Origin: a virus
Lineage: Duplodnaviria > Caudoviricetes
IMG/VR virus record: IMGVR_UViG_3300049172_000068
Span: 7,387-71,386 of that record
Strand: one strand, 5' to 3'
DNA length: 64,000 bases
In this document: positions 16,359 to 26,377 of the stretch, piece after piece
How positions within the stretch are numbered: position 1 is the stretch's first letter
Layout: every line of letters begins with the position of its first letter
The notes under the pieces: generated by a model
Seen by the model: only the letters and a program-made list of their open reading frames with translations
The model's database searches: none
What the model was told of the DNA's origin: nothing
Made by a program: the position numbers and the translations under genes

Positions 16359-17540
16359 TTGTCCGTCACCATCAACGCCCACCAGCTGAAGCTGCTCCTC
16401 GACCAGACGGCCGACCACATGGGCCACGAGGACATCGAGCAGCTGCACGGCATCCGCCTCGACGTCGACAGCCAGTACCTCTACGCCGTCGCCTCCGACC
16501 GGTACACCCTCGCCGCCGCCCGCTACCGCCTCGCCGACAGCGACCAGAACCAGGAGCCGTGGGCCCGCCTCATCCCCGGCGACTTCATCCCCTCCCTTCG
16601 CCAGTGGGTCGACTCCCTGAAGGGCGCCGCCTACATCACCATCAGCACCGCCAAGGACCGGGTCGTCTTCGACGGGACGCACGCCGACCTCACCGTGGCC
16701 ACCAACACCGCGCTGGAGTTCCCCGACTGGCGGGGCCTGCTCCGCACCATCGCCGCGCAGACCGTCGAGGGCGAGCCGTTCCCGGCCCTCAACACCGACT
16801 ACCTGCCGCGCTGGTCCGCCATCCGGCAGAGCCTCCGCGTCCGCGTCACCGCCGACCGCAAGGCCGTCCTGTTCTTCGGCGAGAACTTCATCGGCGCCCA
16901 GATGCCCACCCATGGGGGAGGCATCGGCCCGGCCAAGGAGCAGACCTTCGAGTCCGCGCACGACCTGTGGCTGTGGACCCTCGCGGCGGGCGCCAAGGAC
17001 GTCGACATGGCGAGCCTGCCGCAGCCGGAGCCGTCCCGCTTCGAAGCCCCCCGAGACGTCAGCGAGACCGCCGCCAACCTGCTCCGCGGCGTCTTGGACT
17101 CCACGTCGAACGCCTTCAACTGCGACTTCGACGGCGACCGCGACGCCTGGTACGCGCACATCCGCTCCGGCGTCTCGGACTGGATGGCCTACCGGTTCCT
17201 CGACGCCCTGCACCAGGTCGACCCGCGGGCCGCCCAGCAGGTCGTCAACGACACGGCCGAGCAGCTGGACTCCGGTGAGCTCGGCGAGTGGGCGTGGGAC
17301 ATGGCCGAGGAGTCCGGCTTCAACCCGCAGAAGTGGAACGACGACCAGGAGGCGCGCCGCGCGAAGCAGATCGCGGAGGAGCCCCGCAGGTGGGCGGTCC
17401 GGCTGGCGCTGGCCCTGACCGACGCCAAGAACGCCGGGATCAACTTCCGCATCGACGACAACGAGTTCGTCAGTTTCGACGAGGAAGCCGGCGAGTGGAA
17501 GGCGGTCAAGCCGCAGCCCGCCGAGACGGCCACCGCCTGA
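16359..17540 (+). CDS. Protein with N-terminal DNA polymerase III beta-clamp-like region
   Basis: LHGIRLD..LYAVASDRYTLA and EFPDWRGLL resemble beta-clamp motifs; unknown C-domain. Confidence 0.55.
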   Translation: MSVTINAHQLKLLLDQTADHMGHEDIEQLHGIRLDVDSQYLYAVASDRYTLAAARYRLADSDQNQEPWARLIPGDFIPSLRQWVDSLKGAAYITISTAKDRVVFDGTHADLTVATNTALEFPDWRGLLRTIAAQTVEGEPFPALNTDYLPRWSAIRQSLRVRVTADRKAVLFFGENFIGAQMPTHGGGIGPAKEQTFESAHDLWLWTLAAGAKDVDMASLPQPEPSRFEAPRDVSETAANLLRGVLDSTSNAFNCDFDGDRDAWYAHIRSGVSDWMAYRFLDALHQVDPRAAQQVVNDTAEQLDSGELGEWAWDMAEESGFNPQKWNDDQEARRAKQIAEEPRRWAVRLALALTDAKNAGINFRIDDNEFVSFDEEAGEWKAVKPQPAETATA

Positions 17541-17665
17541 TCCATAACCCCATACCGGCGGCGCGTCGAGCCCCCACTCCGCGCCGCCACCCAGGGCCGC
17601 CAGCCCCGGACCCACCCCCTGGAGGGGCTGGCGGCCCCCACCTCGCACACCCGAAAGCAGGAGAC

Positions 17666-18010
17666 ATGAGCACCGAAACCACCACAATCCCGGCCGAGGT
17701 TGCCGCGCACGTCCTGTCCCACTTCGGCCGCGGCGGCTACCCGGCCGGCGACTGGGCCGAGTCCCTCATCACCCTCATCGACCGCGCCGACATGGCCAAC
17801 CGGGCCAAACTCCTCGCCGCGTTTCCCGACTACGGGGCCGCGGTCCTCCTCGCCAAGTACGACGAGGAGGGCATCGCCACCCTCCAGCGCATCGCCGGAC
17901 TGCCGAAGGCGTCGCTGCGGTGCCTGTGCGGAGACGAGGACGGCCCGTTCACCGAGGCGGGCCTGTGCGAGGGATGCGACCCCACCGCGACGCTGGACGG
18001 CGTCGCATGA
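17666..18010 (+). CDS. Hypothetical protein with C-terminal CxC..CxxC
   Basis: GGAG RBS. Confidence 0.6.
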   Translation: MSTETTTIPAEVAAHVLSHFGRGGYPAGDWAESLITLIDRADMANRAKLLAAFPDYGAAVLLAKYDEEGIATLQRIAGLPKASLRCLCGDEDGPFTEAGLCEGCDPTATLDGVA

Positions 18011-18852
18011 CCGACCCCCGCCACGCCTACGACACCGACCACGGGCGCTACTACCGCGACCCGGCTGGCGGCCCGGACCTCGTCTCCGTGACGAACGTCC
18101 TCTCCGCGGGCGTCGCCAAGTTCGCGCTCGTGCCGTGGGCCGTCAAGCTCACCGCCGAATACTGCGTCGACAACCGCCTCGACGTGGCCCGCCGCGCTCC
18201 ACACGACCGCGAGCAGCTCCTGAAGGACATTAAGGCCGTCCACCGGAATGCCCGCGACCGGGCCGCCGACCTCGGCACCCGCATCCACAAGCGCGCCGAG
18301 AAGATGGCCCTCCGCGCCCCGTTCGAGCCCGACCCCGAAGTCGACCCCTACGCCCGGCAGCTCACCCTGTTCTGGGAGCGGTGGGGCGTCGACCTCGAGC
18401 AGGACATCGTCGCCGCCGAAATCACCTTCGCTCACCGGCGCCTCGGCTACGCCGGCACCGGCGACCTGATGGCCCTGCTGCGCACCGGCCGGCGCCGGGT
18501 TAAGGGCCGGCGCACCAAGCAACTGTGGCTGATCGACTACAAGACGTCCGCCACCCGGCCCGCCTCCTCGGTCTACCCCGAGAACGCCATGCAGCTGGCC
18601 GCGCTGCGCTTCGCCGAATGCGTGTGGCTCCCGGACGACACCGACGGCCCCGTGCCCCCGATACAGCGCACCGGCGTCCTCAACCTCCGCCAGCGCTCCC
18701 ACGCCCTCGTGCCCATGCCCGGCAACCGGCGCACCCACCGCGCCTTCCGCGGCGCCCTGGAGACCACCAAGTGGCTCCACGCCGCCCCCACCACCTACCC
18801 CGCGCTCCTGCCGCCCCCGGCAGAGGCGCAGTCGACCCGAAAGGCAGCCTGA
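18007..18852 (+). CDS. PD-(D/E)XK (RecE/Cas4-like) exonuclease
   Basis: SVTNVL..GTRIH..YAGTGD..LIDYKTS..QLAAL. Confidence 0.85.
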   Translation: MTDPRHAYDTDHGRYYRDPAGGPDLVSVTNVLSAGVAKFALVPWAVKLTAEYCVDNRLDVARRAPHDREQLLKDIKAVHRNARDRAADLGTRIHKRAEKMALRAPFEPDPEVDPYARQLTLFWERWGVDLEQDIVAAEITFAHRRLGYAGTGDLMALLRTGRRRVKGRRTKQLWLIDYKTSATRPASSVYPENAMQLAALRFAECVWLPDDTDGPVPPIQRTGVLNLRQRSHALVPMPGNRRTHRAFRGALETTKWLHAAPTTYPALLPPPAEAQSTRKAA

Positions 18853-18853
18853 G

Positions 18854-19789
18854 ATGGGCTCCCGCCTCCTCAACATCCAGCGTCGCGCCGCCGAACACGG
18901 CCGGCTCCGCACCGGCTACACCAACGGCACCCGCCCCATGCGCTCCGCAACGTGGGTCGTCACTTCTCACTCCGAGGAGCACGTCCAGAAGGCGGCCGAG
19001 CTGTGGGGTGGCGACGTCGAGCGGTGGACACCGCTCAACTCGACGATCGAGCAGTGGCGCGTCATCACCAAGGCCCCGTCGATCGAAGCCCTGATCACGC
19101 CCGGCGACCCGCTCAACCAGTACAACGAGCTGTGGACCGGCGGCGGATGCAAGCGCCGCTGCGACGGCGAGATGGAACTCCTCTCCCGCCAGCCCTGCAT
19201 CTGCGCCCGCCAGTTCGGTGAGGACTGGCACCAGCAGAAGAAGGGCACCGTCTGCTCCGCTACCTCGCGCCTGAACGTCATGCTGCCGGACCTGTCCGGC
19301 ATGGGCATGTGGCGGGCCGAGACCCACTCCTTCTACGCCGCTTCCGAGTGGGGCGGCATGGTCGACATGGTCCTCGCCGGGACCGACGGCAAGGGCTTCG
19401 TGCCGGTGACGCTGCGGATCGAGCCCCGCCAGGTCGTCCGCGAGGGCAAGACGAAGAAGTTCCCGGTCGTCGTGGTCGAGCTGCGCGGGGTCACTCCCCG
19501 GCAGGCGCTCACCGGGCCGATGACCGCAGCTACCGCGTTGGACCCGGCCGGCGGCCAGGCCGTCGCCGCTATCGAGGCGCCCCGCCCGGACTACCTCGCC
19601 GAAGCCGAAGGCGCCCTCACCTCCGACGACGTGCGCGACGTGTGGCGCCGCGCCAGCGCCAACGGCCACGTCGACCCGAAGGGCCGCGACGACCTGTCCA
19701 AGCAGCTCATGGCGATCGCCGAGCGCATGGACGCCGAAGCCAGCAGCACCAACGACGACGAGCCCATCGAGGGCGAGCTCGTCGACTAG
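18854..19789 (+). CDS. Recombination protein (Gp3/'RDF-like' family), probable partner of the exonuclease
   Basis: GRLRTG..RCDGE..TSRLNVMLPD..WRAETHSFYAASE; adjacent to the exonuclease. Confidence 0.65.
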   Translation: MGSRLLNIQRRAAEHGRLRTGYTNGTRPMRSATWVVTSHSEEHVQKAAELWGGDVERWTPLNSTIEQWRVITKAPSIEALITPGDPLNQYNELWTGGGCKRRCDGEMELLSRQPCICARQFGEDWHQQKKGTVCSATSRLNVMLPDLSGMGMWRAETHSFYAASEWGGMVDMVLAGTDGKGFVPVTLRIEPRQVVREGKTKKFPVVVVELRGVTPRQALTGPMTAATALDPAGGQAVAAIEAPRPDYLAEAEGALTSDDVRDVWRRASANGHVDPKGRDDLSKQLMAIAERMDAEASSTNDDEPIEGELVD

Positions 19790-19802
19790 CCCGCACGCCT
19801 GA

Positions 19803-19829
19803 GGCCGCCCCGCGGGAACCGGGGCGGCC
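19803..19829 (+). terminator. GC-rich hairpin after the recombination genes
   Basis: GGCCGCCCCG-7nt-CGGGGCGGCC. Confidence 0.45.
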
Positions 19830-19848
19830 CCTACCCCAAGGACACCAG

Positions 19849-20217
19849 ATGACGAAGCGTTTGTCTGTCGCCGAGCGGCTCGCGTCCACCGAGAAGGACG
19901 CCCTCCTCGACGACATCGCCCGCCACTCCGAATGGGACCGGTTCCTCGTCGAGCAGGCCGTCCTCCACTTCGGGGAGCGCTACATCACCTTCAGCTGCAA
20001 CCAGATCCGCGAGCAGCTCCCGGAGCTGGGCAGCGGCTTCCTCGGCGCCGCCATCAACTCGCTGCGCACCGCCGGGATCATCGCCCACACCGGGCAGTAC
20101 GTGCCCTCCACCAGCGCCGCCACCCACGGACATCCGATAGCGGTTTGGACTTTGACCGGCAAGGGCCGCCTCATCGCCGCCCGCCGCCGCGCCGCACGGA
20201 CCCGGAAGGCGGCCTGA
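19849..20217 (+). CDS. Hypothetical protein (wHTH-like)
   Basis: AAGGA RBS. Confidence 0.6.
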   Translation: MTKRLSVAERLASTEKDALLDDIARHSEWDRFLVEQAVLHFGERYITFSCNQIREQLPELGSGFLGAAINSLRTAGIIAHTGQYVPSTSAATHGHPIAVWTLTGKGRLIAARRRAARTRKAA

Positions 20218-20336
20218 TGGAGACGATCAACCACCTCAACCTCGGCGCCCTGTACGTGATCGGCGTCGCGTTCGCCGCGGCGTGCTTCGGCATCGGCGCC
20301 GGCGTCGGCTGGCTCCTCAACAGGAGGCAGCGGTGA
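20217..20336 (+). CDS. Small 1-TM protein
   Basis: TGATG overlap; hydrophobic. Confidence 0.5.
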   Translation: METINHLNLGALYVIGVAFAAACFGIGAGVGWLLNRRQR

Positions 20337-20515
20337 TCGCCGAAGCCGTGTACACCGCCGAGGCCGTCATCTGGGGCGCCATCGCCGCCTTCGCGTTCCT
20401 AGCCGCCTTCACCGCCTACCTGGCCATCGCCCTCGGCTACTGGGCCGGCGTGTTCGCCATCTGGGCCAGCCGCACCATCACCCACCACCTCGCCACCCGG
20501 AAGGAGAAGCCATGA
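20333..20515 (+). CDS. Small TM protein
   Basis: GTGA overlap; hydrophobic. Confidence 0.5.
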   Translation: MIAEAVYTAEAVIWGAIAAFAFLAAFTAYLAIALGYWAGVFAIWASRTITHHLATRKEKP

Positions 20516-21345
20516 CCGCCGCCGCCAAGCCCCTGCCCGCGCACGGCACCTACGCCCGCGCCAACGGCAGCCCCCGCTACCGCAAGCCGTGCAAATGCGA
20601 GCCGTGCCTCGTCGCCCGCCGCCGCCACGACAAGAAGTGGAAGGTCAACCGAGCGCTCGGCAAGCCGGCCATGGTCGACGCAGCACCCGCCCGAGAGCAC
20701 ATCGCCGAGCTCCGCAAGACCCGCACCTGGGCGTCCATCTCCACCACCTCCGGCATCGCTCAAAGCAACCTGTACCGCATCGCCAACGGCAGTCGCACTG
20801 AGATCCAGCGCACCACCCGAGACGCCATCCTCGCCGCTCAGCCGGGGCCCAAGCCGGTCGAGACCCTGCAGATCGACGCCCTCGGATCGCGCCGCCGGCT
20901 GCAAGCACTGATGTTCGTCGGACACTCCGTGCGCCTCCTCGCCCGCGAATGCCGCGTCAGCAAGGACCGCGCTCACGACATTGCCCTCGGCCTGCAGCCC
21001 ACCGTTCGCGCCGACGTCGCGGAGCGCATCGCCGACGCCTACGTGAGGCTCGCCTTCCGGGCGCCGGCCCTCAACAAGTTCACCAACCGCACCCGCAACC
21101 TGGCGGCCAAGCGCGGCTGGCACGGGCCGCTCGCCTGGGACGACATCGACAACCCCGACTGCGAGCCCGAGACCGAGGACGGCGCCGAGCCTCCGCGCCG
21201 CCGCTCGGCCACCGTCGACCCTCACGCGGTCGCCCGCCTGACCGCGCTCGGCCGCACCAACGAGCAGATCGCCGTCGAACTCGGCTGCCACGAACGCACC
21301 GTCAGCCGGGCACGCAAGCGGGCCGAGATGCAGGCCGCCGCGTGA
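20512..21345 (+). CDS. Multi-HTH phage DNA-binding protein with CxCxxC
   Basis: CKCEPC; GSRRRLQALM..G; C-terminal GRTNEQIAVELGCHERTVSR. Confidence 0.7.
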   Translation: MTAAAKPLPAHGTYARANGSPRYRKPCKCEPCLVARRRHDKKWKVNRALGKPAMVDAAPAREHIAELRKTRTWASISTTSGIAQSNLYRIANGSRTEIQRTTRDAILAAQPGPKPVETLQIDALGSRRRLQALMFVGHSVRLLARECRVSKDRAHDIALGLQPTVRADVAERIADAYVRLAFRAPALNKFTNRTRNLAAKRGWHGPLAWDDIDNPDCEPETEDGAEPPRRRSATVDPHAVARLTALGRTNEQIAVELGCHERTVSRARKRAEMQAAA

Positions 21346-21432
21346 CCGCGGTCCGCCGGCCGCGCGCCGGACCCTGACCCGCCAGCACCGACAAGTCCGC
21401 CCCTCGACCGCACCAGTCAGAGAGAAGTCACG

Positions 21433-22377
21433 ATGCCCTGGGTCCGCTTGGACGATCGCTTCCCCTCGCACCGCAAGGTCGCGCTCCTGTCCGACCGCGC
21501 CTTCCGGCTGCACGTGTCCGCGATCTGCTGGTGCGCCGAAAACCTCACCGACGGCCACATCAGCGACCGCGAACTCCCGCTCGTCGCCCACATCCGCGCC
21601 ATCAAGGTCACCGCCAAGCAGCTGGAGGACGCCGGCCTGTGGGACCGCACCGAAGGCGGCTGGATGATCCACGACTACCTCGACTACAACCCGAGCCGCG
21701 AACAGGTGACCGCCGAGCGGAAGAAGAACGCCGAGCGGCAGGAGCGGTTCCGGCGACGGAAGGCCGGTAAGCCGGCACCGCCTCCTAACGGGGACCGTAA
21801 CGGCGGCAGTAACGGCGTTACGCAGAACGGCAAAACGCAGCCCGGCGACACGACGGCGACACGAACGCGACACGAACGCGACATGAGTGCATCGTCAAAC
21901 TATTCCGTTTCTGGAGAAGACTCGCAGGTCAACGAAGTGCGTAACGGCGTTACTAACGGCGCCCCGACCCGACCCGTACCCGAACCCCTATCTATGGCTG
22001 ATGTAGATGGGGGAGGTATCGGTAGTAGAAGCACCGGCCACGCCGCTCCCGCGGCGCCCCCCATCGAGGTCGACGGCTTCCAGTTGACCGACGCCATGCG
22101 CCGCTGGGCCGCCGCCACCTTCCCCGGCATCGACGTCGAGCACTCCACCGCGCAGTTCGTCAGCCACTACCGCTCAACCGGCGACCGACGCCGCTCCTGG
22201 CCGGACGCCTGGCAGAAGTGGATCCGCGACGACGCCCAACGCGCCACCCAACGAGCGCCCCGCCCCGGCGCCAACGTCATCGCCCTGCCCAACGGCCAGC
22301 AGCTCACCGGCACCGACGCCAAGGTCGCCGGCTGGATGGCCATCGCCGCCAACTGCTCCGACGAGGACTCCGCATGA
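21433..22377 (+). CDS. Phage replication initiator (replisome organiser)
   Basis: MPWVRLDDRFPSHRKV..AFRLHVSAICWC..TDGHI..GGWMIHDYLDYNPS; C-terminal F..HY..W..WQKWIR. Confidence 0.75.
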   Translation: MPWVRLDDRFPSHRKVALLSDRAFRLHVSAICWCAENLTDGHISDRELPLVAHIRAIKVTAKQLEDAGLWDRTEGGWMIHDYLDYNPSREQVTAERKKNAERQERFRRRKAGKPAPPPNGDRNGGSNGVTQNGKTQPGDTTATRTRHERDMSASSNYSVSGEDSQVNEVRNGVTNGAPTRPVPEPLSMADVDGGGIGSRSTGHAAPAAPPIEVDGFQLTDAMRRWAAATFPGIDVEHSTAQFVSHYRSTGDRRRSWPDAWQKWIRDDAQRATQRAPRPGANVIALPNGQQLTGTDAKVAGWMAIAANCSDEDSA

Positions 22378-23135
22378 ACAAGAAGCAAGCCGCAATGCTC
22401 CTTGCGCACGCCGCAGCATTCGACAACCGGCAGCCCTCGGACGCCGCCGCCGAAGCCTGGGCTGCCGCCCTCCACGACGTGCCACTCGACGACGACGCCC
22501 GTGGCGCTGTCGCCGCCTACTACACGACCCCGCCGCAGAACCCGAACGAGCGGCTGTGGATCCTCCCGCACCACGTCCGCACCCTCCGCAGCAAGATCCG
22601 CTCGTCGAGGCTGGAGAACTTCCAGTACGAGCCGCTGCCGGACGAAACGCCCGCCGAATTCCTCGCCCGCTACCGCGGCCAGGTCCAGGCGATCGCCTCC
22701 GGCCGCATAGCGGCACCCACTGGACGGCTGGCGCTTGAGGGTGGTCCGTCGCGGGAGTTCATGGCCGAGCTGGAGGCGCGCGGCTGGCAGGGCAACCGCA
22801 CCGTCGACGACTCCGACGAGGCGCCCGCGGCCGAACTCGCCGACACGGTCCGCCGTTCCGGCCCGCTCGGCGTCATCTGCCCCATGTGCGCCGCCGAGAT
22901 CGGCTTCCCCTGCAAGAGCGGCCACGCCACCAAGAAGCACCCGCTCGGCCGGCCGCTCACCAAGCCGCACACCGCCCGCATACGGGCCGCGTCCGGCGAG
23001 GAGCAGGCCACTCCCGAGCAGCGGGCCGCCGAAGAGCAGCGGGTCCGTGAGGCGTCCGCCCGGGCCCTCGCCCGCATCCGAGCCGAGCAGGACATTCCCG
23101 ACGCCGAGATCGTCGACGAGGAGGCCGCCTCGTGA
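22374..23135 (+). CDS. Helicase loader/inhibitor-like protein with zinc finger
   Basis: LLAHAAAFDNRQPS..AWAAAL..AVAAYY; CPMC..C..H; follows the initiator. Confidence 0.6.
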   Translation: MNKKQAAMLLAHAAAFDNRQPSDAAAEAWAAALHDVPLDDDARGAVAAYYTTPPQNPNERLWILPHHVRTLRSKIRSSRLENFQYEPLPDETPAEFLARYRGQVQAIASGRIAAPTGRLALEGGPSREFMAELEARGWQGNRTVDDSDEAPAAELADTVRRSGPLGVICPMCAAEIGFPCKSGHATKKHPLGRPLTKPHTARIRAASGEEQATPEQRAAEEQRVREASARALARIRAEQDIPDAEIVDEEAAS

Positions 23136-23458
23136 GCGCCCCGGAGCTGGAGCCGGAGGACGTCTCGGCGATGCGCCGAGAGGACCCGGACGGCTGGCGT
23201 CGCTACATGCGGCAGCAGATCACCAACGGCAAGCAGCGCCGCACCCCGCCGCCCAAGCCCGCGGCGCCCCGACCGCCCGGCCACCGGCCCGGCGCCTGGC
23301 CCACCGGCTCCAGCCCGCCCGGGCCATCGCCGGAACGGTCCCTGCCGAAGGCCGTCATCGACGCCGGGATCCGGCACTACCGCAACACCGAGCACTTCCC
23401 CGACCAGCCCTGCGACTGCGGCAAATGCCCGCCGCCCGACACCGAGGAGAACCAGTGA
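23132..23458 (+). CDS. Hypothetical protein
   Basis: Overlap chain. Confidence 0.55.
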   Translation: MSAPELEPEDVSAMRREDPDGWRRYMRQQITNGKQRRTPPPKPAAPRPPGHRPGAWPTGSSPPGPSPERSLPKAVIDAGIRHYRNTEHFPDQPCDCGKCPPPDTEENQ

Positions 23459-23751
23459 CCGCCAGCCCGATGCCCGACTCGATCCGCCACATCCTGCGCG
23501 CCGAACAGCACCCCGCCCGTGCCGTCCCCTGCGACCACTGCGGGGCCGCCGCGCACCGGCCGTGCCGCGTCGTCACCCGCAACCGGGTCCTCACCCAGCC
23601 CCACCCGCAGCGGATCTCCGCCTGGGCCCAGACCACCGCCTGCTGCCCGCAGTGCCAGGTCACCCCCACCGTGCCCTGCCACGCGGACGGACGCGCCCTC
23701 CTGATCGTCCACCCCCGCCGCGAGCAGGAAGCCAGGGAGACCGCCGCATGA
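23455..23751 (+). CDS. Double zinc-finger protein
   Basis: CDHC..C..H and CPQC..C..H. Confidence 0.65.
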   Translation: MTASPMPDSIRHILRAEQHPARAVPCDHCGAAAHRPCRVVTRNRVLTQPHPQRISAWAQTTACCPQCQVTPTVPCHADGRALLIVHPRREQEARETAA

Positions 23752-24026
23752 AGGTCCGCGCCGACATCGCCGCCCTCATCCGCGAAGGGCACACCAACGC
23801 CTCCATCGCCCGGCGACTGCACTGCGACCCGTCCACCGTCGCCCGGGCCCGGCAGGCACTCCGACTGCCGCCCGCCGACCAGCTCGGCCGCCTCTATCTC
23901 GAAGCCGTACCCACCGGCCGCGTCAAGGACTACCAGCCCCCCGCCGGCTGGATGCCCCTCTCGCCCGACCAACAGCGAGCCAACCGCGAACGCCTCCTCG
24001 CCGCACTCCGCGACGACGTCGCCTGA
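23748..24026 (+). CDS. HTH protein
   Basis: GHTNASIARRLHCDPSTVARAR. Confidence 0.65.
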   Translation: MKVRADIAALIREGHTNASIARRLHCDPSTVARARQALRLPPADQLGRLYLEAVPTGRVKDYQPPAGWMPLSPDQQRANRERLLAALRDDVA

Positions 24027-24076
24027 TGCCCGCCGCGCGGTGACGCCCGCCCGACCACCCACACGAGGAGACACCG

Positions 24077-24418
24077 ATGAGCACATCCGCCGACGAGCTT
24101 CGTGCCGCAGCGCGCACCCTCCGCGCGCTTCTCGCCGACCGCCAACTCACCCCCGGGCCCTGGCTGTCCATGGATCGCGGCGACCGCGTTCTCTGGGACG
24201 GCGAAGGTGCTGAAGACCAGCCGCCCGTGTACGTCGTCGATGAGCCGATGAGCAACGGCGCCAACGCCGACTACATCGCCGTCATGCACCCCGACGTAGG
24301 CCACGCCCTCGCCGACTGGCTGGACTCGGCCGCCCGGGACGCCGTCGAGATCGGCCCCGACCCGCACGCCGTTGCCGTGGCTCGCGCGATCAACCCCGCC
24401 GCCACCCCTGCCCCGTGA
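24077..24418 (+). CDS. Hypothetical protein
   Basis: GAGGAG RBS; TPGPW..NADYIAVMHPDVG. Confidence 0.65.
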   Translation: MSTSADELRAAARTLRALLADRQLTPGPWLSMDRGDRVLWDGEGAEDQPPVYVVDEPMSNGANADYIAVMHPDVGHALADWLDSAARDAVEIGPDPHAVAVARAINPAATPAP

Positions 24419-24509
24419 CCGCAGACGGCCCGGGCGCTGCTACCGCCCGGGCCTCAGCCCACCGTATCGCCGGCCGTCTCGCGCGGCCGGCCCCACCTCT
24501 GGAGGACCA

Positions 24510-25235
24510 GTGACCGACCAGACCGCCGAAGCCTTCACCCCGCCCGCCGCCCGAGGCCTGCCCGCCGGAACGCTGGAGGCCGCCGAGATCGGCGCCAATC
24601 GGCTCGATGCATGGGCCCGAACCCCGCGCGGCCGGAACTTCCTCGCCCACGCCCTGGTGCAACTGGCCCGCACCGGCTGGCTGCGCCAGGAGCCCGGTGA
24701 CGGCTTCGAGCCCATGACCGACCGCCCGACGGCCGAGCCCGCCGCTCCTGCCGTCCAGGCGCCCGCCACCGACCGGGCCGCTCCCGCCGTCTGGGTCGAC
24801 GGGCACCCGCAGTTGGAGGCCATCGCTGCCGCGGTGTGGGAGCGCTGCGGGCGCAGCGACAGCGGCATGTGCGTCGAGGACGATCCGCGCAACATCGCCG
24901 TCGCCGCGCTCGCCGCCGTGCTGCCCGCGCCCACCGACCGGGCCGCCGTGCTGCCGCCGCCCGCGCTCACTGAGGAGGGCCGCCTCCGAGCCCGCGTCCA
25001 GGTGCTCGAAGAGGACGCCGAGCGCGCTCAGGGCCTGGCCAAGGTGGGGGCGCGGTGCATGCGTGAGGGTCACCAAGGGCTGATCGAGTCGGGGCGCGCC
25101 GTCATCGAGGGGCACCGCTTCGCCCTGTCCGTTGCGCTGGGCCTCGGCACGGGCGCGCCGTGGGACGCGATCCACGAGCGGGTTGCCGAGCTGCGCCGCA
25201 TGGCCGACGAGGCGCAGATGGGGGGGTCCCGGTGA
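24510..25235 (+). CDS. Mosaic hypothetical protein
   Basis: GGAGG RBS. Confidence 0.55.
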   Translation: MTDQTAEAFTPPAARGLPAGTLEAAEIGANRLDAWARTPRGRNFLAHALVQLARTGWLRQEPGDGFEPMTDRPTAEPAAPAVQAPATDRAAPAVWVDGHPQLEAIAAAVWERCGRSDSGMCVEDDPRNIAVAALAAVLPAPTDRAAVLPPPALTEEGRLRARVQVLEEDAERAQGLAKVGARCMREGHQGLIESGRAVIEGHRFALSVALGLGTGAPWDAIHERVAELRRMADEAQMGGSR

Positions 25236-25411
25236 CCGCCCGCCGCGCCGCGGGGTGGGCCGTGCTGTCGCTCATCCCGCTCGTGTTCGTGACCATCGCC
25301 GTACTCGCTGGGCAGCTTGCTGAGATGGCGGTGGGCGTGGTGATCGCCGTCTTCTGCTGCCTGGCGCTGTGGTTCGGGCTCCGGCTCCTCGACGGCGGTG
25401 AGCCCCGGTGA
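25232..25411 (+). CDS. Small 2-TM protein
   Basis: Hydrophobic; overlap chain. Confidence 0.55.
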   Translation: MTARRAAGWAVLSLIPLVFVTIAVLAGQLAEMAVGVVIAVFCCLALWFGLRLLDGGEPR

Positions 25412-25587
25412 CCCGCCCGCCGCTGCGCTGGCAGCCCGACGACGGCAGTGCCGCGATCCTCTCCGCATACGCCCGCCGCGGCGAGAACCCCGCGAAGGTC
25501 CTGCGCCGCGCCCTGCTGCTCCTCGCCCGCGCCGACGGGGTGTTGGACATCCGCGGACGGGTGCCGCGGCAGGGGAGGCGGCCGTGA
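25408..25587 (+). CDS. 59-aa hypothetical protein (not in the track)
   Basis: My translation MTRPPLRWQPDDGSAAILSAYARRGENPAKVLRRALLLLARADG..; GTGA overlaps at both ends. Confidence 0.5.
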   Translation: MTRPPLRWQPDDGSAAILSAYARRGENPAKVLRRALLLLARADGVLDIRGRVPRQGRRP

Positions 25588-25826
25588 GGTCCCTGACCGC
25601 CCGGCGCCGCCACGTGCTTGCGCTCGTCGCCAACGGCCACACCAACGCCCAGATCGGCCGGCTACTCGGCATCCACGAACGCACCGTCAACCGCCACCTC
25701 GCCGAAATCTTCCAAGCCCTCGGCGCCCGCGACCGGGCCAACGCCGTCGCCATCGCCCTCGTCGTGGGGGAGCTCGGCGTGCACCAGATCCACATCCCCA
25801 GCAACCAGCGAGAGGCAGCCGCATGA
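25584..25826 (+). CDS. LuxR/GerE-type HTH regulator
   Basis: LTARRRHVLALVANGHTNAQIGRLLGIHERTVNRHLAEIFQALGARDRANAV. Confidence 0.85.
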   Translation: MRSLTARRRHVLALVANGHTNAQIGRLLGIHERTVNRHLAEIFQALGARDRANAVAIALVVGELGVHQIHIPSNQREAAA

Positions 25827-26254
25827 CGACCCGACCGGACCCCAACACCCCCGAGGCCCTCCAGGAAGCCACAGGAGGCCGCGAGAGCGCCTCTGAGGGT
25901 CCGAGTAGGCAGCGAGAGACCCCGAGGGGGCAGAACGGGCCGCAGAGGGGCGCACAGCGATTCCAGCACGAGCAGCAGCCCCGCGGCCCCGTCGACTGGG
26001 CCCGCCAGCAAGCCGCTGAGCGCGAGGCGGGCGCAGCAGGCCTCGACGCCCGAGTGCGCGCAGCCGTCCGTGACGCACTCGCTGCCATCCCGCGCGACAG
26101 CTACGTGGACCTTGATGTCGTCAGCGCCGTCGTCGCCAACGCAGCACTCGCCGAAGTGCACCGCGTGAGCACCCCCGCCCACAACGCCGGCCCCAGCGTC
26201 GCCGAATGCGCCCAAGCCGACCGCCGTTGGCCGCTCGAAAAGCACGGCGAATGA
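25823..26254 (+). CDS. Hypothetical protein
   Basis: Overlap chain. Confidence 0.5.
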   Translation: MTTRPDPNTPEALQEATGGRESASEGPSRQRETPRGQNGPQRGAQRFQHEQQPRGPVDWARQQAAEREAGAAGLDARVRAAVRDALAAIPRDSYVDLDVVSAVVANAALAEVHRVSTPAHNAGPSVAECAQADRRWPLEKHGE

Positions 26255-26377
26255 CCCACCGGCCGCTGCTCGCCGCCGCGTTCGCCGCCGCCCTCACCGC
26301 CTGGCCGCTCCTCGCCCACCACGACCGGCGAGCCCGGCAGCGGCGGCGAGCAGCACGCAACCGACAGGAGACCGATC

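Noticed and set aside
18007-18852. Cas4-like nuclease as a sign of CRISPR or anti-CRISPR
   Set aside because: No repeat-spacer array or other cas genes; its pairing with the next gene fits a phage recombination module.
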